Below, one piece after another: positions 1 through 10,504 of a stretch of DNA of 64,000 bases. Each line of letters begins with the position of its first letter. Within the stretch, counting starts at the first letter, position 1. The stretch comes from an uncultured Bacteroidales bacterium. GTDB lineage: Bacteria; Bacteroidota; Bacteroidia; Bacteroidales; VadinHA17. Made by a program: the position numbers and the translations under genes. The DNA lies in assembly GCA_963725585.1 (NCBI GenBank), contig CAVRYU010000005.1:287823-351822 (forward strand), read 5' to 3'. Under the pieces are notes generated by a model. That model was not told where the DNA came from. It did no database searches and saw nothing but the letters and a program-made list of their open reading frames with translations.

Positions 1-115
1 AAGGGTCTGCAGGTTGCGTTTAAGAATAAAAAAAATTCAAAATAGCTCTATATTTTATATATTGTCTTGTATTTCAGGTGTTTAAAAAATAATTAAATTG
101 TTCATAATATAATAA

Positions 116-1585
116 ATGCTAAAAATGGATTATATAAAATGTTATTATTTTTGTAATCAAGATTTTACGGGGATGGAAGACGACAAGTTCAATTTTTTAT
201 ACGAGGAAGAGTTAAAAAATGCCGTCCAGAAATTTGAACGGATGAAGAAGAATAATGAAAATTATTTCTTCGATGTCATTGAATTTGAGTCAATTATTGA
301 TTATTATATTGAGAGCAATAATTCAATAAAAGCATTTGAAGCCGCTACTCTGGCCTCTGAACAACATCCAAATTCAGTTTCAATTCAGCTCCGGAAGGCA
401 AGGGTTCTGCTCGATAAGGGCCGGGCTGTTGAAGCTCTCAGAATATTAAAGAAGCTCGAAAATATTGAGCCGGGGAATCATGAAGTTTACGTCGCAAAGG
501 GAACAGCCCTGGGAATTCTTGGAGATATCCAGGGTGCCAAGAAGATGTTCGACTTTGCTCTTACACTTGATTCGGATGATATTGGTAATATCCTCTTCTC
601 AATAACCTCTGTACTTCAGAACCTTAACTACTATGAGTACCTGATCCCATATCTGAAAAAGCTTATTAGCCTTGAACCCGATTTTTATGCACATCTGTAC
701 GACCTGGCCTATGCTTATGAGAAGACCGAGGATTTCGTGAACAGTATTTCGTTTTACCTTAAATATCTTGAACTTGAGCCTTTCTCCGACAGCGCCTGGT
801 ATAATCTGGGAATAATTTACAATAAGCAGGAGAACTATGAAAAAGCCCTGGAAGCTTATGATTACGCTCTTGCAATAAATTCCCAGAATACATTTGCAAT
901 TTTTAATAAAGGGAATATCCTCTGCAACCTCGACAAGTATCCTGATGCCATTCCGGTTTATCATGAATATCTTGAGAATGAACCGGATAATTTTGAAGCA
1001 ATGACTTACCTGGCGGAATGCTACGAAAAGACAAATGATCTGGTTCTTGCTAAGAAATATTATCATGAAGCGATCGACCTTGCACCGGAATATGCTGATC
1101 CCTGGTTCGGACTTGGTATTATAGCCCTTGAGTCGGGAAGTCCTGATGACAGCCTTATTTTCCTTCGGAAAGCAGTCAGGCTCGACGATGAGAACCCTGA
1201 AATATGGTATATGCTGGGAAAGGCTCATTATGCAAAGAATGAGAAAAAAGATACTCTCAGGTGCTTCAGGGAGGCTTTGAAGCTCGATGCATATTATAAC
1301 GAGGTATGGACCGATCTTGGAAGGATGATCCTTTATGATGGCTTTGTTCTGAAAGCTTTGCCTTATCTGGAGAAGGCCTATAAAATAATAGGCGATGTTC
1401 CAGGTATAAATTATATCCTCGCTTCTTATTATTTGCATTGCGGATCCATGGAAAAAGCACACAGGCATTTATCTCTTGCCCTTGATGTTGACAAAGAGCT
1501 TTTCAGGGATTTTCATGATATCTTTCCAGTCCACTTATTTAACCGCAAGATCAAAAAACTCCTCGATAACTATAATCTTCTCTAA
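116..1585 (+). CDS. Tetratricopeptide (TPR) repeat protein
   Basis: 489-aa ORF with repeated 34-aa TPR-like units (e.g. AWYNLGIIYNKQENYEKALEAYDYALAINSQN; PWFGLGIIALESGSPDDSLIFLRKAVRLD). The true start may be the internal Met at 173 (MEDDKFNF). Confidence 0.8.
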   Translation: MLKMDYIKCYYFCNQDFTGMEDDKFNFLYEEELKNAVQKFERMKKNNENYFFDVIEFESIIDYYIESNNSIKAFEAATLASEQHPNSVSIQLRKARVLLDKGRAVEALRILKKLENIEPGNHEVYVAKGTALGILGDIQGAKKMFDFALTLDSDDIGNILFSITSVLQNLNYYEYLIPYLKKLISLEPDFYAHLYDLAYAYEKTEDFVNSISFYLKYLELEPFSDSAWYNLGIIYNKQENYEKALEAYDYALAINSQNTFAIFNKGNILCNLDKYPDAIPVYHEYLENEPDNFEAMTYLAECYEKTNDLVLAKKYYHEAIDLAPEYADPWFGLGIIALESGSPDDSLIFLRKAVRLDDENPEIWYMLGKAHYAKNEKKDTLRCFREALKLDAYYNEVWTDLGRMILYDGFVLKALPYLEKAYKIIGDVPGINYILASYYLHCGSMEKAHRHLSLALDVDKELFRDFHDIFPVHLFNRKIKKLLDNYNLL

Positions 1586-1625
1586 TCTTTTTTACCTCAA
1601 ACCTCATACCTCATACTATTTGTCT

Positions 1626-2399
1626 ATGAAAAATATACTTCCTTACCTCCCTGACCGTCCGCCCAAACCAAGGAATAACGGTCTGACAATGGTGATGGAT
1701 AAAGGTCTCAGTATAAGGGAGGCTGAAGATTTTATGTCGGTTGGCAGTGAATATACCGACTACGTGAAGCTCGGTTTCGGAACATCGCTCATTACTCCCG
1801 GATTTGAACAGAAAATAGAGATTTATAAGAATGCAGGATGCATTCCATATTTTGGAGGTACTCTTTTTGAGGCTTTTGTAATAAGGGATATGTTCGAAGA
1901 ATATGTGGAATTTATTGATAAACACGAAATTAGTCTCGTGGAAATCTCTGATGGATCTTACGAAATTGATCACAAAAAAAAGCTCGAATACATAAGGATC
2001 CTTGCAAGCAGGGGAACAGTTATTTCGGAGGTAGGGTCAAAGAAAAAGGACATTATTTATTCTCCCGATGAGTGGGTTGATATGATGAAATCTGAACTGA
2101 AGGCAGGTTCGGTAAAAGTGATTGCGGAGGCACGAGAATCAGGAACAATAGGAATTTATAATGACGACGGTTCTGTAAACATGCCCCTTATCAAAGAAAT
2201 CTCTGAACATGTTAAGCTTGAAAACGTGCTCTGGGAAGCCCCTCTTAAATCACAGCAGGCCTGGTTCATAAAACATTTTGGTGCCAATGTAAACCTCGGA
2301 AATATTGCACCGAATGAGATAATCGCCCTGGAATCCCTTCGCCAGGGGCTCAGGAGCGATACTTTCTTCCAGTTCCTGCCTGAAAACCTGAAAGGATAA
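1626..2399 (+). CDS. comA: Phosphosulfolactate synthase (ComA) family protein
   Basis: Listed ORF 1476..2399 trimmed to the ATG at 1626 (MKNILPYLPDRPPKPRNNGLTMVMDKGL). The LP-R-KPR-GLT-D-G N-terminus and the KLGFGTS and FGGTLFE blocks match my memory of the ComA family. Confidence 0.7.
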   Translation: MKNILPYLPDRPPKPRNNGLTMVMDKGLSIREAEDFMSVGSEYTDYVKLGFGTSLITPGFEQKIEIYKNAGCIPYFGGTLFEAFVIRDMFEEYVEFIDKHEISLVEISDGSYEIDHKKKLEYIRILASRGTVISEVGSKKKDIIYSPDEWVDMMKSELKAGSVKVIAEARESGTIGIYNDDGSVNMPLIKEISEHVKLENVLWEAPLKSQQAWFIKHFGANVNLGNIAPNEIIALESLRQGLRSDTFFQFLPENLKG

Positions 2400-2412
2400 T
2401 TCCCGGTCAGTC

Positions 2413-3162
2413 ATGAGAAAATTCGGACTCATTGGTTACCCATTGGGACACTCTTTTTCAAAGAAATACTTTACCGAAAAATTTTCAAGGGAACAAATAG
2501 AGGGGTGCTCATATGAAAATTATCCCCTTACAAACATTATTCAGATCTCCGGTTTAGTCAGCGACAATGAGATTGAAGGACTTAATGTGACAATACCTTA
2601 TAAGTCATCTGTTATAAAATTCCTTGACAAGACGGATCCTGAAGCCGAAATAGTCGGCGCAGTAAATGTCATCAAAATAAAAAGGACAAGCGGTAAAACT
2701 GAGCTCACAGGATTTAACAGTGATATCACGGGAATAATGGCTACTTTGGGTCCTGTGTTAAACCCTGAAATAAAGAATGCTCTTGTACTCGGGACCGGTG
2801 GCAGTTCAAAGGCGGTGTGCCACGTACTGAAAAAAATAAATATACACTATACACTTATTTCAAGAGAGAAAAAACCCGGCTGCCTGACTTATTCTGATAT
2901 CAATTCAGAGATTCTGGAAGATAACCGGCTGATTATTAATACTACACCATTGGGAATGTACCCGGATACAGTTAGCAAGCCTGAACTGAAATACGATCTT
3001 CTCGGAAGCCGGCATATTCTTTTTGATCTTGTCTATAATCCCGAAATGACGTCATTCCTGAAAATGGGAAAGGAGAGGGGTTGCACTGTTTTGTCGGGTC
3101 TCAAAATGCTTTATTCACAGGCTGAAAGATCATGGGAAATATGGAATAGTGATGTTTCTTGA
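2413..3162 (+). CDS. aroE: Shikimate 5-dehydrogenase
   Basis: 249 aa. N-terminal FGLIGYPLGHSFSKKYF, NVTIPYK motif, and a GTGGSSKAV Rossmann-like loop. Confidence 0.88.
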   Translation: MRKFGLIGYPLGHSFSKKYFTEKFSREQIEGCSYENYPLTNIIQISGLVSDNEIEGLNVTIPYKSSVIKFLDKTDPEAEIVGAVNVIKIKRTSGKTELTGFNSDITGIMATLGPVLNPEIKNALVLGTGGSSKAVCHVLKKINIHYTLISREKKPGCLTYSDINSEILEDNRLIINTTPLGMYPDTVSKPELKYDLLGSRHILFDLVYNPEMTSFLKMGKERGCTVLSGLKMLYSQAERSWEIWNSDVS

Positions 3163-3197
3163 GAAATTAGCAGAGTGTCGATAGGTCAACCACCTCC

Positions 3198-3240
3198 CCC
3201 TGACGCTTCGGTCAGGGTACTCCTCCTTAAAAAGGAGGAG
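3198..3240. terminator. Two adjacent GC-rich hairpins between convergent genes (possible bidirectional terminator or REP-like unit)
   Basis: ccctgacGCTTCGgtcaggg (3198..3217) and ctcctccTTAAAAAggaggag (3220..3240), lying between the aroE stop and the exbD stop. Confidence 0.4.
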
Positions 3241-3341
3241 AAAAGTAAGGATTTATATAAGTACTTTCCCTTCCTTCTCAAAGGGGTGTCCAGATAAACA
3301 CCTCGGGACAGGGCGGTAAATTATGCTGTTGGAAACCCAAA

Positions 3342-3776
3342 TTAGCCAACAATTATTTCAGGAGTGTTACAATTGGATGCATTCGACTTATCTGTGGCCA
3401 TCACCATCTTGATATTCAGCCTAACACCAACTTCCAGAACATCAACCAGATCCTGGATATTAAGACTCTTGGCAAATCTCAGAACGACTGTAGGATTTTC
3501 AATACCTCTGACATGTTCCTGAAGCTTCTGCTCAAGTTCTGATAACAAAACCTCCTTCTGATCGATAAAATATTTTCTGTCTGCCGTAACTGTAAGGTTT
3601 ACCTGCTGTTTGTCGATTTCCTGTGCACTTTTCGACTTTGGCAAAAGTACCTTGATCACATTTGGATTGGCCAGAGTGGAAACGATCAGGAAGAACAGAA
3701 GCAGAAAAAACATTATGTCATTTAAGGATGAGGTACTTACCTCCGGCTTAAATTGTTTGCGTCTCCTGATATTCAT
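3342..3776 (-). CDS. exbD: Biopolymer transport protein ExbD/TolR
   Basis: 144 aa with a single N-terminal TM segment (IMFFLLLFFLIVS). Size and position directly downstream of a MotA/ExbB gene fit ExbD. Confidence 0.8.
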   Translation of the reverse strand: MNIRRRKQFKPEVSTSSLNDIMFFLLLFFLIVSTLANPNVIKVLLPKSKSAQEIDKQQVNLTVTADRKYFIDQKEVLLSELEQKLQEHVRGIENPTVVLRFAKSLNIQDLVDVLEVGVRLNIKMVMATDKSNASNCNTPEIIVG

Positions 3777-3777
3777 T

Positions 3778-4443
3778 TTACAAGACCTTTAAGAATTGAA
3801 TAAGAGACTCCTGAAGCTTAAGAAGATATCTGTCGATCCTCATCTGGATATAGTGATACGCAGCATAAGCTAATACTCCTACTATCAGGCCTGCCCCGCT
3901 GCAGATCATTTTCTGGTAGAGTCCGCCTGCAATAATTCCGATACTTATGTTATCTGCAAGCGAGATATTATAGAAAATCTTTATGACCCCGGCTATGGTA
4001 CCTATAAATCCTAGCATCGGAGCAACACTTGCTATAATACCAAGATAACCGGTATTCTTTTCCATCTTTGTAATTTCAAGATTTGTTGTGGTCTCGATGT
4101 TCCTTTCAACCTCACCCTGAGGCTTTCCCAGCTTTTCAATTCCGCTTTCCAGAATTCTTCCGATAGCAGACTGATTGTTCCTTGCATGCATAAGGGCATT
4201 CTTTGAATTACCGTTCTGCACTTCATTTGAAATGGCGGCCACAAGTCCCTGCTGAATGGAAGCAGTTCTTCTTATATAAACGATCCTTTCGATGAATATA
4301 TAAAAACTGATAATTGACAAAAGAACAATGGGTATCATAATGATTCCCCCTTTCATAAGCAGATCGAGAATGGTTGTTGCCTGTCCAGAAGATGATATAG
4401 CGGCCACAGGTTCGGCAAGTGCAGAGATAAGTATCATATGCAT
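3778..4443 (-). CDS. exbB: MotA/TolQ/ExbB proton-channel family protein
   Basis: 221 aa. Three predicted TM segments and the C-terminal LGFIGTIAGVIKIF ... GLYQKMICSGAGLIVGV block typical of ExbB/TolQ. Confidence 0.85.
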   Translation of the reverse strand: MHMILISALAEPVAAISSSGQATTILDLLMKGGIIMIPIVLLSIISFYIFIERIVYIRRTASIQQGLVAAISNEVQNGNSKNALMHARNNQSAIGRILESGIEKLGKPQGEVERNIETTTNLEITKMEKNTGYLGIIASVAPMLGFIGTIAGVIKIFYNISLADNISIGIIAGGLYQKMICSGAGLIVGVLAYAAYHYIQMRIDRYLLKLQESLIQFLKVL

Positions 4444-4509
4444 ATTTTTAATAAATGGTTATCTTTTTGATTTCTATTACAAACGATTAAAAGAATCAAT
4501 TATTTCTTT

Positions 4510-5292
4510 TCATACAAATATCTCTTCAGGGTATTCAACCGAGGTCAGGAACAATCCCTTGGCAGGGGCTGACATACCTGCAGATGAACGGTTTCTGGAT
4601 ACAAGAATTCTTTCAAAATCATCAGGGTGAATCCTTCTCTGCCGGCTTCGATCATCGTGCCTACAATTGCACTGACCATATTTCTCAGGAACCTGTCAGC
4701 CCTTATTGTAAAAACGAGGATGTTTCCGCAGATTTCCCATCCTGCAGAATGATATTTTGCACAGGTTGGTTTTGTTATCGGAATGCAGTCTGCTGAAACT
4801 TGTAAAATCCGTATGATTTAGCAGGATTTTTGAAGCCTGGTTCATAGCTTCAACATCCAGATCACCGTGAATGAACCAGCTTGTTTCGACATTGAAAGGA
4901 TCCTTTACGCGTGAAATATAATACTTGTATGTTCTTGAAATAGCACTGAATCTGGCATTTGCATCAGGCAGAACCTTTTTAATTTCAGTTACTGATATAT
5001 CATCAGGAAGGAACCTGTTAAGTCTGAAAATGAGATTCTTCCTTCTTGCAAGGTCCGGATTCCTGCTGTCAAAATGAGCACAGAAAACCCTGGCATGTAC
5101 GCCGGCATCGGTCCTGCCTGCTCCAGTTGCTGATATTTGTTCACCAAGAATTACAGTGATCGCTTCATCAAGGATCTTCTGAATCGTAACTGCTTTCGGT
5201 TGAACCTGCCAGCCATGATATGAAGTGCCTTTAAATGAAATATATATAAAGTACCTTGTCAACAACGGATAAATTTCTGCAAATATAGGCAT
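4510..5292 (-). pseudogene. truA: tRNA pseudouridine(38-40) synthase TruA, interrupted by two frameshifts (possibly sequencing indels)
   Basis: ORF 4696..5292 gives the N-terminal 198 aa with GAGRTDAGVHA. My hand translation of the minus strand continues in a second frame (ILVFTIRADRFLRNMVSAIVGTMIEAGR). It then shifts to a third frame (HPDDFERILVSRNRSSAGMSAPAKGLFLTSVEYPEEIFV) with the stop at 4510..4512. Confidence 0.85.
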
Positions 5293-5424
5293 TCAGTCAT
5301 ATTATCCGGATTTACTTTGATTTTTAAAAATTCTCAACCCAGGTATAGGAAAATCGATCTTTAAATGTAATTTTACTTCCACCTAAAAACGATCTTATTA
5401 TTTATTTAACCTAAAACTTTCATT

Positions 5425-6765
5425 ATGACAGAACAGAAAAATACACAAACCGCAGGTATGATGTTTATGGGAATGATATTCTTCCTGTTTGGTTTTGTTA
5501 CGACTTTTAACATTACCCTGGCAGACAAGTTCAAATCAGTCTTCGAATTGTCGAACTTCCAGGCCCAGCTTGTAAATGGTGCTTTTTTCTTTACCTACTT
5601 CGTGCTCTCTTTTGCAGCTGGAGGTATCATTAAGAAAATCGGTTATAAGGGAGGTGTTATACTTGGTCTCTTACTGGTAGCTGTAGGCAGCTTCCTGTTT
5701 TTCCCTGCCGCCAAGGCAATATCTTTCCATTCTTCCTGTTTGCCATTTTTATTATGGCTGGTGGTGTAGTTTTCCTGCAAATAGCTGCAAATCCGTATGT
5801 TACTGCTCTGGGACCCTCGGCGACTGCATCAGGCAGATTAAACCTTACTCAGGCGCTTAACTCAATAGCCACCTATCTGGCACCTATACTTGCCGGACTA
5901 TTTGTTTTTAAGGCTGCTGCAGATGCTGCCCTTAATGCTGCCGAATCAGTGCCAACTGCTCCATTTTTAATTATTGCGATTGTTGTTATAATTATTGCAA
6001 TTGCGATTTACTTGTTGAAACTTCCTGAAATTTCCACCCAGGGTGTTGAAAGAAAAAGTGTATGGAAACATCCGCATGTTGTTCTTGGTGCCGTCGGTAT
6101 TTTCTGTTATGTCGGTGCCGAAGTAGGATCTGCAGCAATGCTCCAGAGATATTTCCAGGAAGCTTTGCAAATGGCCAGGAATGATGCAGCAATGATGATT
6201 GCCCTTTACTGGGGTGGTGCCATGGTCGGTAGATTTTACGGATCATTCATGCTTTCAAATGTTGAAAAATCAAAAAAATACCTTTATACTGTTCTTGTCT
6301 TATTACTTGCATTGTTTGTCGGATGGTTTGTACGCAAGGAAATAACAGATGGTTTGATTTTCGCAGGCATTGCTGCAGTAAATTATCTGGCAATGCAGCT
6401 TGGCAAAGGTAATGCAAGCAGATCTCTGGCCGTTTTCGGTATAATTGCTGCTTTGATGCTGTTAGTAGTAATGGCTGTCAGCGGACCGATTATTCTTATG
6501 GGTTGGATTATCAATCGGCTTCTTCAACTCCATAATGTTCCCGAATATTTTTGCACTTGGTGTTGAAGGACTTGATAAAGGTGAACTAAGCATGGCCTCA
6601 GGTCTTATAAACACAATGATCGTTGGTGGAGCCGTAATCCCTGTTCTTATGGGACTTATCGCTGACGGTGTTGGTGTAAGATTTGCATTTATTCTTCCTA
6701 TAATTTGTTATCTTGTACATAGTATTTTTTGCACTTGTGGGAAGCAAGCGCCGGTAAAGGAATAA
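5425..6765 (+). pseudogene. MFS sugar:H+ symporter (FucP/GluP family), two to three frameshifts
   Basis: Pieces 5425..5769, 5754..6566 and 6535..6765 are collinear with the intact paralog at 9278..10483 (e.g. LQIAANPYVTALG). Near 6715 another frame reads LYIVFFALVGSKRR-stop (6757), which matches the paralog C-terminus. Confidence 0.8.
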
Positions 6766-6786
6766 ATCCTACATGATTGACATAAA

Positions 6787-6830
6787 GAAGCCGTCTCAAC
6801 TTTTGTTTTGAGACGGCTTCCTTTTATTTT
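6787..6830 (+). terminator. Rho-independent terminator
   Basis: gaagccgtctc (6787..6797) pairs with gagacggcttc (6810..6820), followed by cttttatttt. Confidence 0.7.
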
Positions 6831-6887
6831 CCCGACAATTATTATATTTACATTCTTTCATTATCTTATCATCAAAACAAAATATCC

Positions 6888-8173
6888 ATGGCAACAAAAG
6901 AAAATCTTATTCTTAAGATAAATAATGGCGACAACAATGTATTTCGTGAACTTTACGGCAAGGATCCTGCTGAGCTGAAAAGAAATTCAAAAAGATATAC
7001 AGATCTGCTGAACATGTTTACTGCCGAATTTGGAGAGAAGGATTGTGAATTTTTCACTTCCCCCGGGCCGTACTGAAATAGGAGGTAACCACACCGACCA
7101 CAATTACGGCCGTGTGCTCGCTGGTGCTGTTAATCTCGACAATGTATGCGTTGCTGCAAAAAATAATACAAACATAATACGAATTATTTCGGAAGGTTAT
7201 CCGAGGTTTGAAGTTGAACTCTCACAGGCTCAAACCTGATAATCACGAACAATATACATCGGCAGCTCTTGTGAGAGGTATTTGTTCGCGGCTTACAGAA
7301 CTTGGCTATAATATCGGGGGCTTTGATGCATGTATCGACGGTGGTGTACCAAAGGGCTCAGGATTGAGCTCTTCGGCTTCATTTGAAGTGCTTATTGGTG
7401 CAATCCTTAGCCAGCTTTTTAACAATGGTTCAATCGATCCTATTGAAAATGCCATTATCGGACAATACTCGGAAAATAATTATTTCGGAAAGCCCTGCGG
7501 ACTGATGGACCAGACAGCCTGTGCAATGGGGGGACTTATCACAATTGATTTTAAAGATCCTTCAAAACCCATTGTGAAGAAAGTTAATTTCGATTTTGTG
7601 GCAACCGGGTTTTCCCTTGTCATAACCGATACGGGAGGCAATCATGCCGATCTTAATGATGAATATGCTTCACTGCCTACAGATATGAAGGCTGTGGCAC
7701 GTGAACTGGGAGCAAAGGTACTACGCGAGGTAACTATTGAACAGGTTGTTGAGATCGCCCCTAAAATACGTTCAAGGGTGGGCGACCGTGCTATCCTCCG
7801 CGCCATTCATTTTCAGGGAGACAACCAACGGGTGGTGGAACAGGTGGCTGCCCTTGAAAGAAATGACTTTAAAGCTTTCCTCGGAATGGTAATCGATTCG
7901 GGGTTCAGTTCATATATGTATAACCAGAATATCTACCCTGTAAATAATGTAAAAGAGCAGGGAGTATCACTCGCACTTGCCCTCAGCGAGCTGGTATTGA
8001 AAGGTGAAGGAGCGTGGCGTGTTCATGGCGGAGGATTTGCCGGTACCATACAGGCATTTGTTCCCCAGAAGCTTCTTGATAAATATGTCAACACCCTTGA
8101 ACATATTTATGGAAAGGGATCATGCCATATCCTCTTTATCAGGCATCAGGGTGCAGGGAAAGTTGATTTGTAA
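6888..8173 (+). pseudogene. galK: Galactokinase, split by two frameshifts (likely indel errors)
   Basis: Pieces 6888..7076, 7030..7239 and 7208..8173 together give PGRTEIGGNHTDHNYG (galactokinase signature) and PKGSGLSSSASFE (GHMP motif). Junction 1 lies in the C5G3 run at 7059..7066 and junction 2 near 7227. Confidence 0.9.
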
Positions 8174-8214
8174 TTATCTTCCTGATTGATTTAATTTTAT
8201 TTACATCACTTATT

Positions 8215-9261
8215 ATGAATATTATCCGCGAAGAATCGTTCAAAGGGATGCATAATGGAAAACCGACAGCCCTTTATACTCTCAAAAACAAGAACGGACT
8301 TGTTGCACAGGTAACAAATTATGGCGCAATTCTTGTCAGCATATTCGTTCCTGACACTAAAGGTAATTTCTCCGACATAGTACAGGGCTATGATAACATT
8401 TCTGACTATACAAACGGTAATGGCCCATATATGGGTGCTGTATGCGGACGCTGCGCAAACCGGATAGCAAAAGGAAAATTCACACTTCTGGGCAAACAAT
8501 ATTCACTTGCAGTTAACAACGGCCCAAACCACCTTCATGGAGGAATTAAAGGTTTTAGTAAAGTTGTCTGGGATGTTGCAAGTATTTCAGATTCCAGAAT
8601 AAAGCTGGAGTATCTTTCAGTTGACGGTGAGGAAGGCTACCCGGGAAACCTCAGAGTATCCGTGACATACACCCTTACAGATGAAAATGAAGTGAGGATT
8701 GACTATCATGCAACTACCGACAAATCAACAATCGTGAATTTTGCCGGGCACTCTTATTTTAACCTTGCCGGTGAAGGATCAGGAAGCATTTATGATCAGG
8801 AATTAATGATAAACGGAGATTTCTTTACTCCGACTGATGAAACCAATATTCCAACAGGTGAGATACTCAGTGTAAAAGGAACACCGATGGATTTTACAAA
8901 ACCCAAACAAATAGGATTGGAAATTGATAAGGATGACGAGCAGCTTAAATTCGGGGCAGGGTACGATCATAACTGGGTTTTAAATCACCGAAGCGGAACT
9001 CTTGGACTAGCAGCTGTTGCACGTGATCCAATATCGGGCCGTGTAATGGAGGTTTATACAACTCAGCCGGGTCTGCAGCTTTATACAGCCAACTGGATTA
9101 ATGGTGAAAAAGGCAAAGGTGGTAAAAAGTATGGCAGAAGATGGGCATTTTGTCTTGAGACCCAGCATTTTGCCGATGCGATAAATAAACCTCATTTCCC
9201 ATCCACAGTTCTGAATCCGGGTGAAGAATATAAGCATATCTGCATTTATAAATTTTCATAA
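8215..9261 (+). CDS. galM: Aldose 1-epimerase (galactose mutarotase)
   Basis: 348 aa with GRCANRIAKGKFTLLGKQYSLAVNNGPNHLHGG and the C-terminal FCLETQHFADA block. Confidence 0.88.
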   Translation: MNIIREESFKGMHNGKPTALYTLKNKNGLVAQVTNYGAILVSIFVPDTKGNFSDIVQGYDNISDYTNGNGPYMGAVCGRCANRIAKGKFTLLGKQYSLAVNNGPNHLHGGIKGFSKVVWDVASISDSRIKLEYLSVDGEEGYPGNLRVSVTYTLTDENEVRIDYHATTDKSTIVNFAGHSYFNLAGEGSGSIYDQELMINGDFFTPTDETNIPTGEILSVKGTPMDFTKPKQIGLEIDKDDEQLKFGAGYDHNWVLNHRSGTLGLAAVARDPISGRVMEVYTTQPGLQLYTANWINGEKGKGGKKYGRRWAFCLETQHFADAINKPHFPSTVLNPGEEYKHICIYKFS

Positions 9262-9277
9262 CCTTAAACCTAAAAAT

Positions 9278-10483
9278 ATGACAAACAAGAACAACAGTTA
9301 CCTGTTTCCACTGATTGTGATGGCCACGCTCTTTTTCCTTCTTGGATTTATCACAACCATGAATAATTCACTTATTAATTATCTGAAGGATGCCTTCAGT
9401 TTAAACGAAGTTGAAAAACAATTACCAAATACATTCTTTTATGGTGCTTATATCCTTTCGATACCTGTAGGTTATCTGCTGAACCGCATTGGATATAAAA
9501 ACGGGGTTCTTGCCGGACTCGGACTTATAAGTCTTGGGTTCTTTCTTTGCATACCAGGTGTCGCCGCAGGATATTATGGATTCCTTAGTGCTGTATCTGT
9601 ATTTGCGATAGGGGTTGTAATACTTCAGGTGGCTGCAAATCCTTATGTAAACGCTTTGGGAAGCCCTGAAACAGCAGCCAGCCGTCTGACCCTTACAAAT
9701 GCACTTAACTCCGTTGCAACCGTTATAGCCCCGATATTCGTTTCAATGCTGATTGTTTCAGCAAATACTGAAGGTGCTGCTGATCCAAAGACTGTACAGG
9801 GACCTTTTGCAGGCATTGGAATTGTTACACTGGTAATAGTTGTAATTATGTTTTTCCTGAAATTGCCTGAAATTAAAGAAGGTGAAGTATCAGAAAGTGC
9901 CGCAAAAAAAATCAAATCGAGCGCCTATAAATACCCGCATCTGTGGCTCGGTTCTCTGGCAATCTTCTTCTATATGGGTGTTGAGATAGGCATCCCTAGT
10001 TTCTTTGCAGATTATTCTGCCAAACTGAATTTCAATTTTGATGGTGAAATGCGTACCAAACTGCTGGCTTATTACTGGGCCGGACTTATGGTAGGCCGTG
10101 TTGCCGGTATATTTATTCTCAGGAAGTACACTGCAAGCAAAATATTGAGTTTCAATGCTGTTGCAGGTGCAATAATGTTGCTTGTTTCACTTGTCCTGGG
10201 CGGTATGGGAATGAACTGGATTGCACTGGTTCTGTTTCTTGGAACCGGATTAATGCACTCTATAATGTGGCCATGTATCTATAACCTGGCACTTGAGGAT
10301 CTCGGACCTCATTCGAAAGTTGGTTCGGGCGTTATTGCCACCTCGGTTATTGGTGCTGCCCTTCTGCCGATAATGATGGGTGGTATTCAGAGAGGTGTTG
10401 GTCTGATAGCCGCAATCTGCTGCCTGTTTGTTTACTATGCCTATATTACTTTCTTTGCTGTAAGAGGATCAAAGATCAGGTAA
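9278..10483 (+). CDS. MFS glucose/galactose (FucP/GluP family) transporter
   Basis: ORF 9221..10483 trimmed to the ATG at 9278 (MTNKNNSYLFPLIVMATLFF). It has about 12 hydrophobic segments, the LQVAANPYVNALG motif, and sits in a galactose gene context. Confidence 0.85.
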   Translation: MTNKNNSYLFPLIVMATLFFLLGFITTMNNSLINYLKDAFSLNEVEKQLPNTFFYGAYILSIPVGYLLNRIGYKNGVLAGLGLISLGFFLCIPGVAAGYYGFLSAVSVFAIGVVILQVAANPYVNALGSPETAASRLTLTNALNSVATVIAPIFVSMLIVSANTEGAADPKTVQGPFAGIGIVTLVIVVIMFFLKLPEIKEGEVSESAAKKIKSSAYKYPHLWLGSLAIFFYMGVEIGIPSFFADYSAKLNFNFDGEMRTKLLAYYWAGLMVGRVAGIFILRKYTASKILSFNAVAGAIMLLVSLVLGGMGMNWIALVLFLGTGLMHSIMWPCIYNLALEDLGPHSKVGSGVIATSVIGAALLPIMMGGIQRGVGLIAAICCLFVYYAYITFFAVRGSKIR

Positions 10484-10504
10484 AATATAAAAACTACTAT
10501 CACC

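Noticed and set aside
599-1468. 289-aa ORF antisense to the TPR gene
   Set aside because: It is fully embedded opposite a well-supported CDS. Its composition is low-complexity and Ile/Phe-rich, typical of a shadow frame in AT-rich DNA, and no motif is recognisable.
4510-8173. Programmed ribosomal frameshifting or recoding as the explanation for the split genes
   Set aside because: The junctions share no slippery motif and involve both +1 and -1 changes. They hit unrelated genes, and several coincide with homopolymer runs. Indel error or decay fits better.
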